The notes beneath the pieces are model-generated. The model was given only the letters and a program-made list of their open reading frames with translations. It ran no database searches and was not told where the DNA came from. From IMG/VR virus record IMGVR_UViG_2778261315_000002: a DNA stretch of 36,286 nt. The stretch is one strand, 5' to 3'. Positions 10,145 through 18,329 of the stretch are shown here, piece after piece (the first letter of the stretch is position 1; each line of letters starts with the position of its first letter). A program made the position numbers and the translations under genes. The DNA comes from a virus. Lineage: Duplodnaviria > Heunggongvirae > Uroviricota > Caudoviricetes.

Positions 10145-10711
10145 TCAGGGGGATTCATTGCTCTTATTTGCCGGAAATTTTCTATAAATTGTGGAAACAC
10201 CCACATCAAAAATCAGTGCAATACGCTGTCTTGATTCTCCGGCCTCGAGTAAACGCCCAATCTGTGCCCACTGTTCGGTGGTCAACTTAGGACGGCGTCC
10301 ACCTACTCTGCCTTTGGCACGAGCTGCAGCCAGCCCTGCCCTGGTACGTTCAACTATCAGTTCGCGTTCCATTTCAGCCAGGGCACCCATGACATGAAAA
10401 AAGAAACGGCCCATTGGGGTGCTGGTATCAATACTGTCAGTCAGGCTTCGGAAATTCACGCCTTGCTGACGCAACTCTTCTATCAGCGTAACAAGATGCC
10501 GCATACTGCGCCCCAACCTGTCCAGCTTCCAGACAACCAGCGTGTCTCCTGCCGATAGTGTCCTGAGCAGTTTTTTCAACCCTGGTCTGTCGGACTTAGT
10601 GCCACTGATTTTATCCTCAAAAATCCGCTCACATCCCGCGCAGTTCAGTGCATTACGTTGCAAATCGGTGTTCTGGTCATTTGTTGACACGCGTACATAG
10701 CCAATAAGCAT
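10145..10711 (-). CDS. Site-specific DNA invertase, serine recombinase (Hin/Gin/Cin/Pin family)
   Basis: 188 aa from the ATG at 10711 (MLIGYVRVSTNDQ...DRLGRS...C-terminal HTH); near colinear with Hin/Gin as I recall them; the track ORF extends 15 codons upstream to 10756. Confidence 0.9.
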   Translation of the reverse strand: MLIGYVRVSTNDQNTDLQRNALNCAGCERIFEDKISGTKSDRPGLKKLLRTLSAGDTLVVWKLDRLGRSMRHLVTLIEELRQQGVNFRSLTDSIDTSTPMGRFFFHVMGALAEMERELIVERTRAGLAAARAKGRVGGRRPKLTTEQWAQIGRLLEAGESRQRIALIFDVGVSTIYRKFPANKSNESP

Positions 10712-10766
10712 GAGCATCCCCCTGAATAAAAACCGGGGATGATGCCAGTTAACCATTATCTCTGCA

Positions 10767-10792
10767 TTTTCATAAACGTTGGTTTGGGAGAA
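10767..10792. repeat. Invertase crossover site, invertase-proximal (gix/hix-like, 26 bp)
   Basis: Reverse complement TTCTCCCAAACC-AA-CGTTTATGAAAA matches the site at 12453-12478 at 22 of 26 positions (first 14 identical) and fits the Hin-family site architecture of two imperfect inverted half-sites around a 2-bp core. Confidence 0.75.
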
Positions 10793-11365
10793 GGCTCTGC
10801 ATTACCTGTTGGTGTCCCTGTTCCGTGGCCTTCAGCCACTCCGCCAACAGGCTGGCTGAAATGCAATGGTGCGGCTTTTTCTGCTGAAGAATACCCGGAA
10901 CTGGCAAAGGCTTACCCGACAAATAAATTGCCAGATTTACGTGGTGAGTTTATTCGTGGCTGGGATGACGGGCGAGGGATTGATGAGGGGCGCATACTTC
11001 TCAGTTGTCAGAGTTTTGCTTTCCAGGACCATGCGCACGCTCTGCCAACCGGAGTGGGTAATCCGTCAGACCAGATGGAAAGCGATATCTATGCGGTTTT
11101 CAACGATGTACCAGAAATACCCAGTGCGGCCCTGAGTCCATCGTCGTCAGGAACATCATGGGACGCAACCAGTAGGGCAGACAAGGTAATCCTTTATCGC
11201 AAGGACCTTTCACCAACAGGTAATAACAACGCAATAGCGACCGGATTACCACCATTCAGGACTTACAGGGCATCGACCTCAGACGGTGTTACTCATCCGT
11301 CCGTGTACGCATCTGAAACCCGTCCGCGCAACATTGCATTTAACTACATCGTGAGGGCTGCATAA
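10781..11365 (+). CDS. Alternate tail-fibre C-terminal cassette (promoterless; fuses to the constant part of H after inversion); P2 gpH C-terminus-like
   Basis: Frame open from the crossover site; encodes GLGE-GSALPVGVPVPWPSATPPTGWLKCNGAAF...LPDLRGEFIRG...NIAFNYIVRAA, resembling the P2 gpH C-terminal region. The GLGE junction matches LGLGE in H at its crossover site. The ATG at 10739 in the track is probably not a real start. Confidence 0.7.
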   Translation, partial: GLGEGSALPVGVPVPWPSATPPTGWLKCNGAAFSAEEYPELAKAYPTNKLPDLRGEFIRGWDDGRGIDEGRILLSCQSFAFQDHAHALPTGVGNPSDQMESDIYAVFNDVPEIPSAALSPSSSGTSWDATSRADKVILYRKDLSPTGNNNAIATGLPPFRTYRASTSDGVTHPSVYASETRPRNIAFNYIVRAA

Positions 11366-11970
11366 TGGCGAAAGCAAAATTAAACAGTGCGTTTATTGCC
11401 ACCGTGGCAGGAGAAATCACTGTGTACAACTACCGGGGCGACACCCGCGAATACATATCCTCATCGGTTGAGTATCTGCCTGTGGGGGTGGGTATTCCTG
11501 CCAATTCCTGTACCGATGCGCCCGGCACACATAAGGCTGGTTATGCAATCTGCCGTTCTGCAGATTTTAACTCATGGGAATATGTGCCAGACCATCGCGG
11601 TGAAATTGTCTATGGCATCGAAACGGGGGAATCAAAAGAAATTACTGTGCCGGGGGATTACCCTGAAAATACGACCACTTTTGCCCCATTAACGCCATAC
11701 GATAAATGGGATGGTGAGAAATGGGTAACAGATACCGAGGCACAGCATAGCGCCGCAGTAGATGCAGCAGAAGTACAGCGCCAGTCTCTGATTGATGCTG
11801 CTATGGCTTCCATCAGTCTGATTCAGCTGAAATTGCAGGCCGGACGTAAACTGACGCAGGCAGAAACAACCCGCCTTAACGCTGTGCTGGATTACATTGA
11901 CGCGGTGACGGCAATAGATACCAGCACCGCGCCTGATATTATTTGGCCTGTATTCCCTGAGACTGATTAA
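11365..11970 (+). CDS. Tail fibre assembly chaperone (Tfa / Mu U' type), cognate to the alternate fibre cassette
   Basis: 201 aa, start overlapping the cassette stop (TAATG); C-terminal ...DTSTAPDIIWPVFPE typical of Tfa chaperones; opposite orientation to the tail operon, as expected inside an invertible segment. Confidence 0.7.
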   Translation: MAKAKLNSAFIATVAGEITVYNYRGDTREYISSSVEYLPVGVGIPANSCTDAPGTHKAGYAICRSADFNSWEYVPDHRGEIVYGIETGESKEITVPGDYPENTTTFAPLTPYDKWDGEKWVTDTEAQHSAAVDAAEVQRQSLIDAAMASISLIQLKLQAGRKLTQAETTRLNAVLDYIDAVTAIDTSTAPDIIWPVFPETD

Positions 11971-12199
11971 CCTCAATCAGTATTGGTTCGCCTTTCTCAT
12001 TAATTGTTAGCTCCATGCCCTGAGGAATTTCTGTCATAGTAAAAAACCAGTTGTCCTCCGGTAATTCAATAGCCCCGGTCACGTCATGAAGACCGGGGAT
12101 TACTTCAGTCAAAGTAACTGGATTAAACAGGCGCACAATAAACCCTCCATGAAAAAGCATTTGATGATGGTCTGCCGTCGTACATCTGGCAGCGGGCAT
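11939..12199 (-). CDS. Hypothetical small protein downstream of the current H variable end (possible chaperone for the expressed fibre variant)
   Basis: 86-aa ORF overlapping the 3' end of H, true start uncertain; no recognisable motif; assigned by position only. Confidence 0.3.
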   Translation of the reverse strand: MPAARCTTADHHQMLFHGGFIVRLFNPVTLTEVIPGLHDVTGAIELPEDNWFFTMTEIPQGMELTINEKGEPILIEVNQSQGIQAK

Positions 12200-13514
12200 A
12201 AAAGCCGGTATTTGTTACCTGATCATCCACGATCATTGAAACGTGAACATTATTAGGTGTGCTCTCGTAATCCGTTCTTATTCTTTCTGCGATACTGATA
12301 AAACGTGAAAGTTTAGGCAGTGCAATTGGGTAAACGACTTTAGCCAGTCCATTATCATTAGATCCACCGGTTCCAAATACTTCTATTGCACCATCTGACC
12401 AGCGTACCCATGCACCATTGGCATTAGCTCCTCGCTGAATGACATATCTGGCTTCTCCCAAACCAAGGTATGTGAGAAGACCAGCTACATCCTTTCCACT
12501 CAAATTAGTCAGCGTATTGTCCAGCGGTTGTTTACCTGCCAGTGCATTAAGCATTGTCGTGGCAAAGTTCGGGTCATTCCCCAGTGCCGCCGCCAGTTCG
12601 TTCAGTGTATCCAGTGCCGCAGGTGCAGAACCCACCATTCCTGCAATCGCCGATTTCACAAAAGCCGTAGTGGCAATCTGTGTATTATTGACCGACTGCG
12701 CCGCCGTGGGGGCTGTTGGCGTTCCGGTGAGTGCCGGACTCGACAGCGGCGCTTTCAGTGCCAGCGCATTGTTAATGGTGGTACTGAATTTCGGATCATT
12801 GTTAATGGCTACGGCTATTTCTTTCAGCGTGTCCAGCGTGGCTGGCGCACCATTAATAAGAGCCGTCAGTGCCGCCTGAACAAATGCGGTGGTCGCAAGC
12901 TGCGTGGTATTATTCCCCGCCGCTGGCGTTGGCGCTTTGGGGGTTCCGGTAAACGTTGGACTTTCTTTGGGTGCATACTGTGAATGCGGGTCCGGCGCGG
13001 CAAGATGTTTTGCCATCAGGTCATCCACGTACACCTTCAGCTCCAGTGCCTTGTCATCCACATACTTGCGGGTTGCCAGCACTACAGCAGGGTCGATTTT
13101 CAGGGTGATATTGTCCGTGCTGCTGGTAATCAGCACCATGCGCACGGTCTGGGTACGCCCGCTGCCTTCAGCCAGTTGCGGCTTATAGCTTTCCGGGCAG
13201 TTGCCCACGGCAATCAATGCCCCGGACTCATCAAACAGGCCCACTTCACGTATCCACCAACCGCCCTCGTTTTCAGGGATCACCTGTTCGGCAATAATCT
13301 GGCTGCTGTTCTGCGGGTCGATATAGAGCATATTCAGCGCAGCCCGGCGTTTCTCATTTACCAATGCTGTCTGCTTTGCGTCCGGCGTTGGCAATGTTCC
13401 GCCGCCATCGCCGACCGCCATATGGGTAATTTTTAAAGGCACACCGAGCGCGGCGGCGCTGGCAAGTTTCGCCGCGCCAATATCCGTCAGCAGGGTATAA
13501 AATTTTGTGCTCAT
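12123..13514 (-). CDS. H: Tail fibre protein H (constant N-terminal part plus the currently expressed variable C-terminus)
   Basis: 463 aa; N-terminus MSTKFYTLLTDIGAAKLA...MAVGDGGG resembles P2 gpH; two tandem ~55-aa ATTAFV...LDTL.E.A.A...DP.F.TT..NALA.K.PL repeats; the C-terminus after LGLGE differs from the P2-like cassette. Confidence 0.85.
   Translation of the reverse strand: MSTKFYTLLTDIGAAKLASAAALGVPLKITHMAVGDGGGTLPTPDAKQTALVNEKRRAALNMLYIDPQNSSQIIAEQVIPENEGGWWIREVGLFDESGALIAVGNCPESYKPQLAEGSGRTQTVRMVLITSSTDNITLKIDPAVVLATRKYVDDKALELKVYVDDLMAKHLAAPDPHSQYAPKESPTFTGTPKAPTPAAGNNTTQLATTAFVQAALTALINGAPATLDTLKEIAVAINNDPKFSTTINNALALKAPLSSPALTGTPTAPTAAQSVNNTQIATTAFVKSAIAGMVGSAPAALDTLNELAAALGNDPNFATTMLNALAGKQPLDNTLTNLSGKDVAGLLTYLGLGEARYVIQRGANANGAWVRWSDGAIEVFGTGGSNDNGLAKVVYPIALPKLSRFISIAERIRTDYESTPNNVHVSMIVDDQVTNTGFYARCQMYDGRPSSNAFSWRVYCAPV
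12453..12478. repeat. Invertase crossover site inside tail-fibre gene H (gix/hix-like, 26 bp)
   Basis: TTCTCCCAAACC-AA-GGTATGTGAGAA; inverted partner of 10767-10792; lies in the H reading frame at ...LTYLGLGE|ARYV..., about 110 codons before the H stop. Confidence 0.75.
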
Positions 13515-14116
13515 GGATTCACTCTCATTGTGTCAATAACATGGACCGCCCCGCCTTCATGCGCGGTGCCACCGGAAATAATTGTTTCGTTGATATACGG
13601 ATAGATCGTGATTTCTTCGCCAAGATAGCTTGCGGCTCCCACCCAATGCGGGCCGCTGGTCTGCAGATTGATGGACATGCCGATCATGTGACGGCTACAT
13701 GGTTTGGCATCGCTTATCAGTCGCTCAAGTTCCAGATAGGTATCTTCAGTGATGCCCTGGTCCTGCACGCCGATATCCAGGCGAAACGTGCCCGGTGCCT
13801 CTCCGGTCTGCCACCACTCAATAATGCGGATCAGAAAGCCGAACGGCTCCACCACCCGCCGCACGGCACTGGTGGTCCCTTTATGCTGATGAATATAAAA
13901 AGCATCCTTCACCACCTGGCGCTTGACACTTTCTGTCCAGCCCTCGTCCCAGCGATCCACAGAGAACGCCCAGGCGAGATAAGGCAGGAAACTGACCGGA
14001 CAGGTTGCCGGATTCCACAAGTCACGCAGCGGCACCTGCAGATCAGAAATCCCGCTGCAGGTTTGCGCCAGTCGTCGCTCCAGTGAAGTTGAACCCGGTG
14101 GCAGCAGACTATTCAT
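13511..14116 (-). CDS. I: Baseplate assembly protein I
   Basis: 201 aa between J and H; P2 gpI position. Confidence 0.75.
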   Translation of the reverse strand: MNSLLPPGSTSLERRLAQTCSGISDLQVPLRDLWNPATCPVSFLPYLAWAFSVDRWDEGWTESVKRQVVKDAFYIHQHKGTTSAVRRVVEPFGFLIRIIEWWQTGEAPGTFRLDIGVQDQGITEDTYLELERLISDAKPCSRHMIGMSINLQTSGPHWVGAASYLGEEITIYPYINETIISGGTAHEGGAVHVIDTMRVNP

Positions 14117-15017
14117 CCGTTCCTCCGTTGGTCACGCTCCACTGCGTACATGATGCCGCCTGCGTTTTGTTCAGAACCACATCCGCCAGCGGAGAAGCCA
14201 GTTCCACACGTTGAACACCCTCAACATGCAGCGCGGCAAAAATAGCACTACGGCGAATATCCCGACCAAGACGCGTCTGACTGGCGATGTACTTCTGCAG
14301 GCTGGCTTTTGCCGCTGCCATTACCGGCTCTGCTTCCGGTCCCGGATAGAGAAAAATGGTGGCTTCCACGCGATACGGGATGATTTCTGCGCTGCGAACC
14401 GTCAGACGGTCAGCCACCGGGCGGACGTTCTCACTGTTCAGAGCTTTTTCCACCACGTCCAGCAGATCTTTTTCTGCAGTTCCATCGCCTTCGCGGCTAA
14501 GGACAGTCAGCAACACTTCTGCAGGTGCCGGGCTGGTTGCACTGGCATCCGCCACCCGACCGTCGGCGCTTCGGGCATGAAATTCATAAGCTGCAGTTGG
14601 CCCCGCAACTGAAAGCCCTTCAAAGGCTGCAGGCACACGCAGGCGTAACGCTTCATCACTTTCCATCACAGCCGCAACGGGCGGTACAGCGTCATTATTA
14701 GCAGGCGTCACCGTCAGGCGTTTCACGTTGTAATTGGCAGCGAGCTGGTCCAGATCGCTCCCTATGGCATAAGCCACCATCACCGCCAGCGCGGCTTCGT
14801 TAATGCGCTGGCGCAGGAGCAACTCACGATAAGCGTTCTCCTGCAGCAATTTGGTAACGGGTTCAGATTCCAGTTCCAGCGTACGCATCACTGCTTCCTG
14901 CTCATCTTTCGGATGAAGCGCCACAAATTCTGCCTTGCGTTCGGCAAGCAGCGTCTCAAAGTCCGGCACATCCACAATCTGCGGCGCAGGTAACTGCGAA
15001 AGGTCAATCACTGCCAT
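14109..15017 (-). CDS. J: Baseplate assembly protein J
   Basis: 302 aa from the ATG at 15017 (MAVIDLSQLPAPQ...); matches the P2 gpJ length; the track ORF extends 13 codons upstream. Confidence 0.8.
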   Translation of the reverse strand: MAVIDLSQLPAPQIVDVPDFETLLAERKAEFVALHPKDEQEAVMRTLELESEPVTKLLQENAYRELLLRQRINEAALAVMVAYAIGSDLDQLAANYNVKRLTVTPANNDAVPPVAAVMESDEALRLRVPAAFEGLSVAGPTAAYEFHARSADGRVADASATSPAPAEVLLTVLSREGDGTAEKDLLDVVEKALNSENVRPVADRLTVRSAEIIPYRVEATIFLYPGPEAEPVMAAAKASLQKYIASQTRLGRDIRRSAIFAALHVEGVQRVELASPLADVVLNKTQAASCTQWSVTNGGTDE

Positions 15018-15363
15018 TCTCTGCTCCTGTTGATACGGAAAGGGAAACAGGCACACCGTTATTACGCCGCCCGGTCAGCTCCACCACCATAGAACCGTCA
15101 AAGTTGTTGTTGATGGTAATGGAATCCAGCGTCAGCCGTGGCTCCCAGCGACTCAGCGCCACATACACTGCCGACATGACCTGCAGTCGTAACGCCGGAT
15201 TTTGTGGCTGATCTATCAGTGCCGACAGCAGGGAACCATATTCCCGACGGGCAATGCGGCTACCCTGCGGCGTCAGCAGAATGTCCCGCACTGACTGGCG
15301 CAGATGGTCAATATCAGTAATGGCTTTACCGCTGGTATTGTTCATCCCGCTATAAAGCGTCAT
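15004..15363 (-). CDS. W: Baseplate protein W
   Basis: 119 aa; size and position match P2 gpW. Confidence 0.8.
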   Translation of the reverse strand: MTLYSGMNNTSGKAITDIDHLRQSVRDILLTPQGSRIARREYGSLLSALIDQPQNPALRLQVMSAVYVALSRWEPRLTLDSITINNNFDGSMVVELTGRRNNGVPVSLSVSTGAENGSD

Positions 15364-15938
15364 ACCGGGCCTCCGGTTGTGTCGCCGCCTTTCAGAACGC
15401 CAGTATGCTGATGCGCATCAACCACGATCCCGTTAGAACTCATCGCACCGCCGCCCTGGGTAACGCCACCATTGATCGCAACTTCGCTGTTAATGCGCGT
15501 GCGGTCAGCCTCCAGTACAAACTCACTGGTTTTCATGGTGATGTTGTCAGCGGCCTCAATGACCATTGATTTGATGCCCCTGACATACCAGCGCCCGGTG
15601 GCGGGTTCGTATTCAAACCAGCCACCGTCAGGATGTTCTGTCACGCAGACGTCCGCCGACGTTGACGGTGGAGCGAACTGATTCGAATAGATGGCGGGCA
15701 GCGCAAACGCGGTTTCCAGATTGCCTCCCAGACTCAGCAGCACTACCTGCTCACCTTCCGATGGTCGCCACCATGTCCGGGCATTCCCGGCACGCAGCGT
15801 CAGCCAGCTGATCCAGTTGGTTTCAAGCTCGCCCGTTTTCACCCGGCAAAGCCAATTCTCCCGGTCCACTTCGGTGACTACACCAGTGCGGATCAGGTTG
15901 GTGATAAGGCGCATGATTTCGGTTAATTGTGCGTTCAT
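15360..15938 (-). CDS. V: Baseplate spike / assembly protein V
   Basis: 192 aa; N-terminus MNAQLTEIMRLITNLIRTGVV resembles P2 gpV. Confidence 0.8.
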   Translation of the reverse strand: MNAQLTEIMRLITNLIRTGVVTEVDRENWLCRVKTGELETNWISWLTLRAGNARTWWRPSEGEQVVLLSLGGNLETAFALPAIYSNQFAPPSTSADVCVTEHPDGGWFEYEPATGRWYVRGIKSMVIEAADNITMKTSEFVLEADRTRINSEVAINGGVTQGGGAMSSNGIVVDAHQHTGVLKGGDTTGGPV

Positions 15939-15941
15939 AGG

Positions 15942-15971
15942 CTAATCCTGCACGAAAATGCACAGGATTAG
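15942..15971. repeat. Perfect 9-bp inverted repeat (ctaatcctg ... caggattag) between the TIR-like cargo gene and V
   Basis: Read directly from the sequence just upstream of the V start; no T-run follows on either strand, so it is not a classical intrinsic terminator. Confidence 0.4.
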
Positions 15972-16005
15972 TTAGCAAGGAAGATTGTGTTAACTACTAA
16001 ACAAT

Positions 16006-16821
16006 TCAGAGAGATGCTGTTTTGTTGAAGTAATCCTTCAATAACTCCATCTTAAAGATGACCTGGAGTTTACAACCGGGAAATGAATCATTTACAGTTA
16101 CAGTCATCCCCAGGAACTCAGACTGAACCTTTATCAAATCATTAGGTATTTTGTGAAGAATATCTCTAACTTCTTTCTCTACCGTTGTGGGAACCAAGTC
16201 AAAACTAACAATAAACTCACTTGACGAATTATGCTGAACTTTAGACTTTATTTCCTTTAAAGCTTTTTTAGACAAGTTGAGAATATCAAAAACTTTCTCA
16301 AGATTATCAAATAAAACATACCTGCGTTCAAAATCAACAACCTTAGCTGCTAATTCATTAAAATCAGTTCTGAGCCGCCCCCTAGCACCCACAGCTGATT
16401 GCAAAGACCTAAATGCAAACTCCAATTTAGATGCCATATTGGCCTCAATTGCATTCAGATTACAAATAGGTTGAGGCAACTCTTTAAAAACCATGCCCGA
16501 ATGGCAGAAAGGAAGTGTAGGAATATCTCCCAAACCAGCATTCTGATTTAGGGTATTTCTTATCCAGACAGCCCCTAATTCAAAGCTAATCCAACTTCTT
16601 TTCACAGAATTAGGACTGATTAAATATATAGCCGCAATACAATTAACAAGGCCATCTTCTATTACTTTTAGGAAATTTTGCCCAGCCTTAATCGTTTCTC
16701 CATCTGAAGATACAAAAACGCTGACAAATCCAGCAAACTCATCTTCGATTGCATCTTTAATGATTTTTGCCAATTCTTTTTCTTCAGTAATATGAGATAA
16801 AAAAATCAACTTCTCAGACAT
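16006..16821 (-). CDS. Cargo protein with N-terminal TIR-like domain and uncharacterised ~160-aa C-terminal domain (candidate anti-phage defence gene)
   Basis: 271 aa from the ATG at 16821 (AGAGAG Shine-Dalgarno; the track ORF starts at a TTG at 16839). N-terminus KLIFLSH...VSVFVSSDGETIKAGQNFL...IAAIYLISPNSVKRSWISFELG fits the TIR pattern. Region is markedly AT-rich and interrupts the S-V junction, which is contiguous in P2. Confidence 0.55.
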   Translation of the reverse strand: MSEKLIFLSHITEEKELAKIIKDAIEDEFAGFVSVFVSSDGETIKAGQNFLKVIEDGLVNCIAAIYLISPNSVKRSWISFELGAVWIRNTLNQNAGLGDIPTLPFCHSGMVFKELPQPICNLNAIEANMASKLEFAFRSLQSAVGARGRLRTDFNELAAKVVDFERRYVLFDNLEKVFDILNLSKKALKEIKSKVQHNSSSEFIVSFDLVPTTVEKEVRDILHKIPNDLIKVQSEFLGMTVTVNDSFPGCKLQVIFKMELLKDYFNKTASL

Positions 16822-16937
16822 CACATACTCTCTAACCAATTGATAGATTTACAATTTAGCAAGAAAGAAAATGTGATACTAAGAAGAAGATCATAAAATC
16901 AGTATCTTCCCCAAAGAATCTTTCTCTAATCAGCACC

Positions 16938-17381
16938 TTAAGAAAACCATCTAATCAATATATCGCGAGTTAAATTTTCAACATCATCATTAACGCCCAA
17001 CAAACGCCGCTCTGCGTAACGCACCTCCGGTCCCTTACGACTGACGCGATCTCGCAGGCCGTAATGGTGAACGCGGGCAATGCGCTGCACCTTGCCTTCA
17101 AACTGCACGCTGGCAGAGTCGGCGCTGGCGGCAGTTTTCAGGTATTTTGTGGTGCGCAGCTTTGTAAACATCTGACGTTTGATACGGCCTTTTTTACTGC
17201 GTGCTGTTACCCGTCGCGGTTCATAGCTGCTGCCGTCAGGGTTGCGCTGCATCCTGATATTCTGCTGCTGTGTCCGGCGCAGTTCCTGCGCCAGCTGGCG
17301 CATCATGCGGCTTCTTGCGGCTGGTTCCAGATTCGCCAGCAAAGCACTCAGCCAGTCGTCCACCTTCTGCAGTTCAGCCAC
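16938..17381 (-). CDS. S: Tail completion protein S
   Basis: 147 aa; size and position match P2 gpS. Confidence 0.8.
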   Translation of the reverse strand: MAELQKVDDWLSALLANLEPAARSRMMRQLAQELRRTQQQNIRMQRNPDGSSYEPRRVTARSKKGRIKRQMFTKLRTTKYLKTAASADSASVQFEGKVQRIARVHHYGLRDRVSRKGPEVRYAERRLLGVNDDVENLTRDILIRWFS

Positions 17382-17805
17382 GTTTCACCGTCCACATTTC
17401 TTCAGGTTCATCGGGTTCCGCTACAGCTTCAACACTCGACACACTGCCGTCAGTGCTGACCAGCACACGCTCCGTCAGTTGCAGGTTAAGGCTGATATCA
17501 CAGACATCGTTGCGCAAAATATCCACCTCAAAGGTGAATAGCTTTTCCCGCAACGCCGGGTTATTGATGACATCGGGCTGGTTATCCCGCAGCCACAGCA
17601 AAACCGGGGCCATCAGCAGATTCTGGTCGCCGCTGAAATCCTCAATCACCGCGTTCAGGGTGTAACGGTACTCCCACGACATGGAGCTGGCCCCCGTGGC
17701 AACCAGCGAACCGTTATCCACAAACAGATGCAGTTTGTCCGGGTTATTGCGGACATAAGGCACCGCTTTATTGAGGGCGTGGCGCAGGGATTGTGGTTTG
17801 TTCAC
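17374..17805 (-). CDS. R: Tail completion protein R
   Basis: Probable GTG start at 17805 with AGGAG Shine-Dalgarno (MNKPQSLRHAL..., like P2 gpR); the track ORF begins at a TTG at 17826. Confidence 0.75.
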   Translation of the reverse strand: MNKPQSLRHALNKAVPYVRNNPDKLHLFVDNGSLVATGASSMSWEYRYTLNAVIEDFSGDQNLLMAPVLLWLRDNQPDVINNPALREKLFTFEVDILRNDVCDISLNLQLTERVLVSTDGSVSSVEAVAEPDEPEEMWTVKRG

Positions 17806-18058
17806 TGTTTCGCTCCTGACACGCAATAATCATGTCCACTTTGTCTGCACAGACCGCCCAGGCGGCCTCCGTTTCATCCAGCAACGCGTTCAGATCACCG
17901 TTAGTGCGCGGCGTTGCCTGATCCAGCCGACACGGCGTCACTCGCGGACAACCACTGACGGTAAGCTGTACCTCCGGTGAGTGCCGGACGTTCCCGCAGC
18001 CGGATAATGTCAGCAGGCAAAGGAGTATCAGCCCAGCGGCGTAAATCCTCGTTCTCAC
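17768..18058 (-). CDS. lysC: Outer-membrane spanin lipoprotein (LysC / Rz1-like), overlapping lysB in another frame
   Basis: 96 aa with signal peptide and lipobox LLTLSGC; overlaps the 3' half of lysB and runs into R, as in P2. Confidence 0.7.
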   Translation of the reverse strand: MRTRIYAAGLILLCLLTLSGCGNVRHSPEVQLTVSGCPRVTPCRLDQATPRTNGDLNALLDETEAAWAVCADKVDMIIACQERNSEQTTIPAPRPQ

Positions 18059-18329
18059 GTTTCAGTTCCTCGATCCGGTGTTGTCGTTGTCTCAGCAGTG
18101 CACTGGTCTGTTCTGCTTCGGCATAGAGCCGCGCCTGCTCCCGGTTATTGGTTTCAGTCAGAATGGACAGGCTGATAAGCTGGCTGTTGCTCTTTGCCAG
18201 CGCCTGGCTTTTGCTCTGCAGCTCGTCTGCCTGCGTGCTGATGGTCTGGCTGGCATCAGCCAGCCGCCACGTCTGCCAGCCCAGCGCTACCAGTAATAAC
18301 GCCAGCACAACCAGCAGCAACCGGTTCAT
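17901..18329 (-). CDS. lysB: Inner-membrane spanin (LysB / Rz-like)
   Basis: 142 aa; N-terminal TM helix followed by a charged coiled-coil region. Confidence 0.7.
   Translation of the reverse strand: MNRLLLVVLALLLVALGWQTWRLADASQTISTQADELQSKSQALAKSNSQLISLSILTETNNREQARLYAEAEQTSALLRQRQHRIEELKRENEDLRRWADTPLPADIIRLRERPALTGGTAYRQWLSASDAVSAGSGNAAH

Larger units (their letters stand above)
10780..12466. other. Invertible tail-fibre (host-range) segment, about 1.7 kb, bounded by the two crossover sites
   Basis: Inverted crossover sites flank two convergent C-terminal cassettes and their chaperone genes; adjacent invertase; same architecture as the Mu G and P1 C segments. Confidence 0.7.

Noticed and set aside
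10739-10780. ATG at 10739 as start of the 208-aa plus-strand ORF
   Set aside because: These first codons lie outside the invertible segment and overlap the invertase 5' end; the cassette is more plausibly promoterless and expressed only as a fusion to H after inversion.
15986-16003. Third TGT-N12-ACA match (TGTGTTAACTACTAAACA) upstream of V
   Set aside because: Lacks the extended TTGTACCG...CACACAAA similarity of the other two dyads and is centred only ~56 bp from the V start codon, too close for a -55 activator site. A bare TGT-N12-ACA is expected several times by chance in 36 kb.
16006-16839. Canonical Thoeris (ThsA plus ThsB) assignment for the TIR-like gene
   Set aside because: No SIR2, SLOG or Macro-domain partner gene is adjacent or anywhere in the window; kept as a stand-alone TIR-like candidate.
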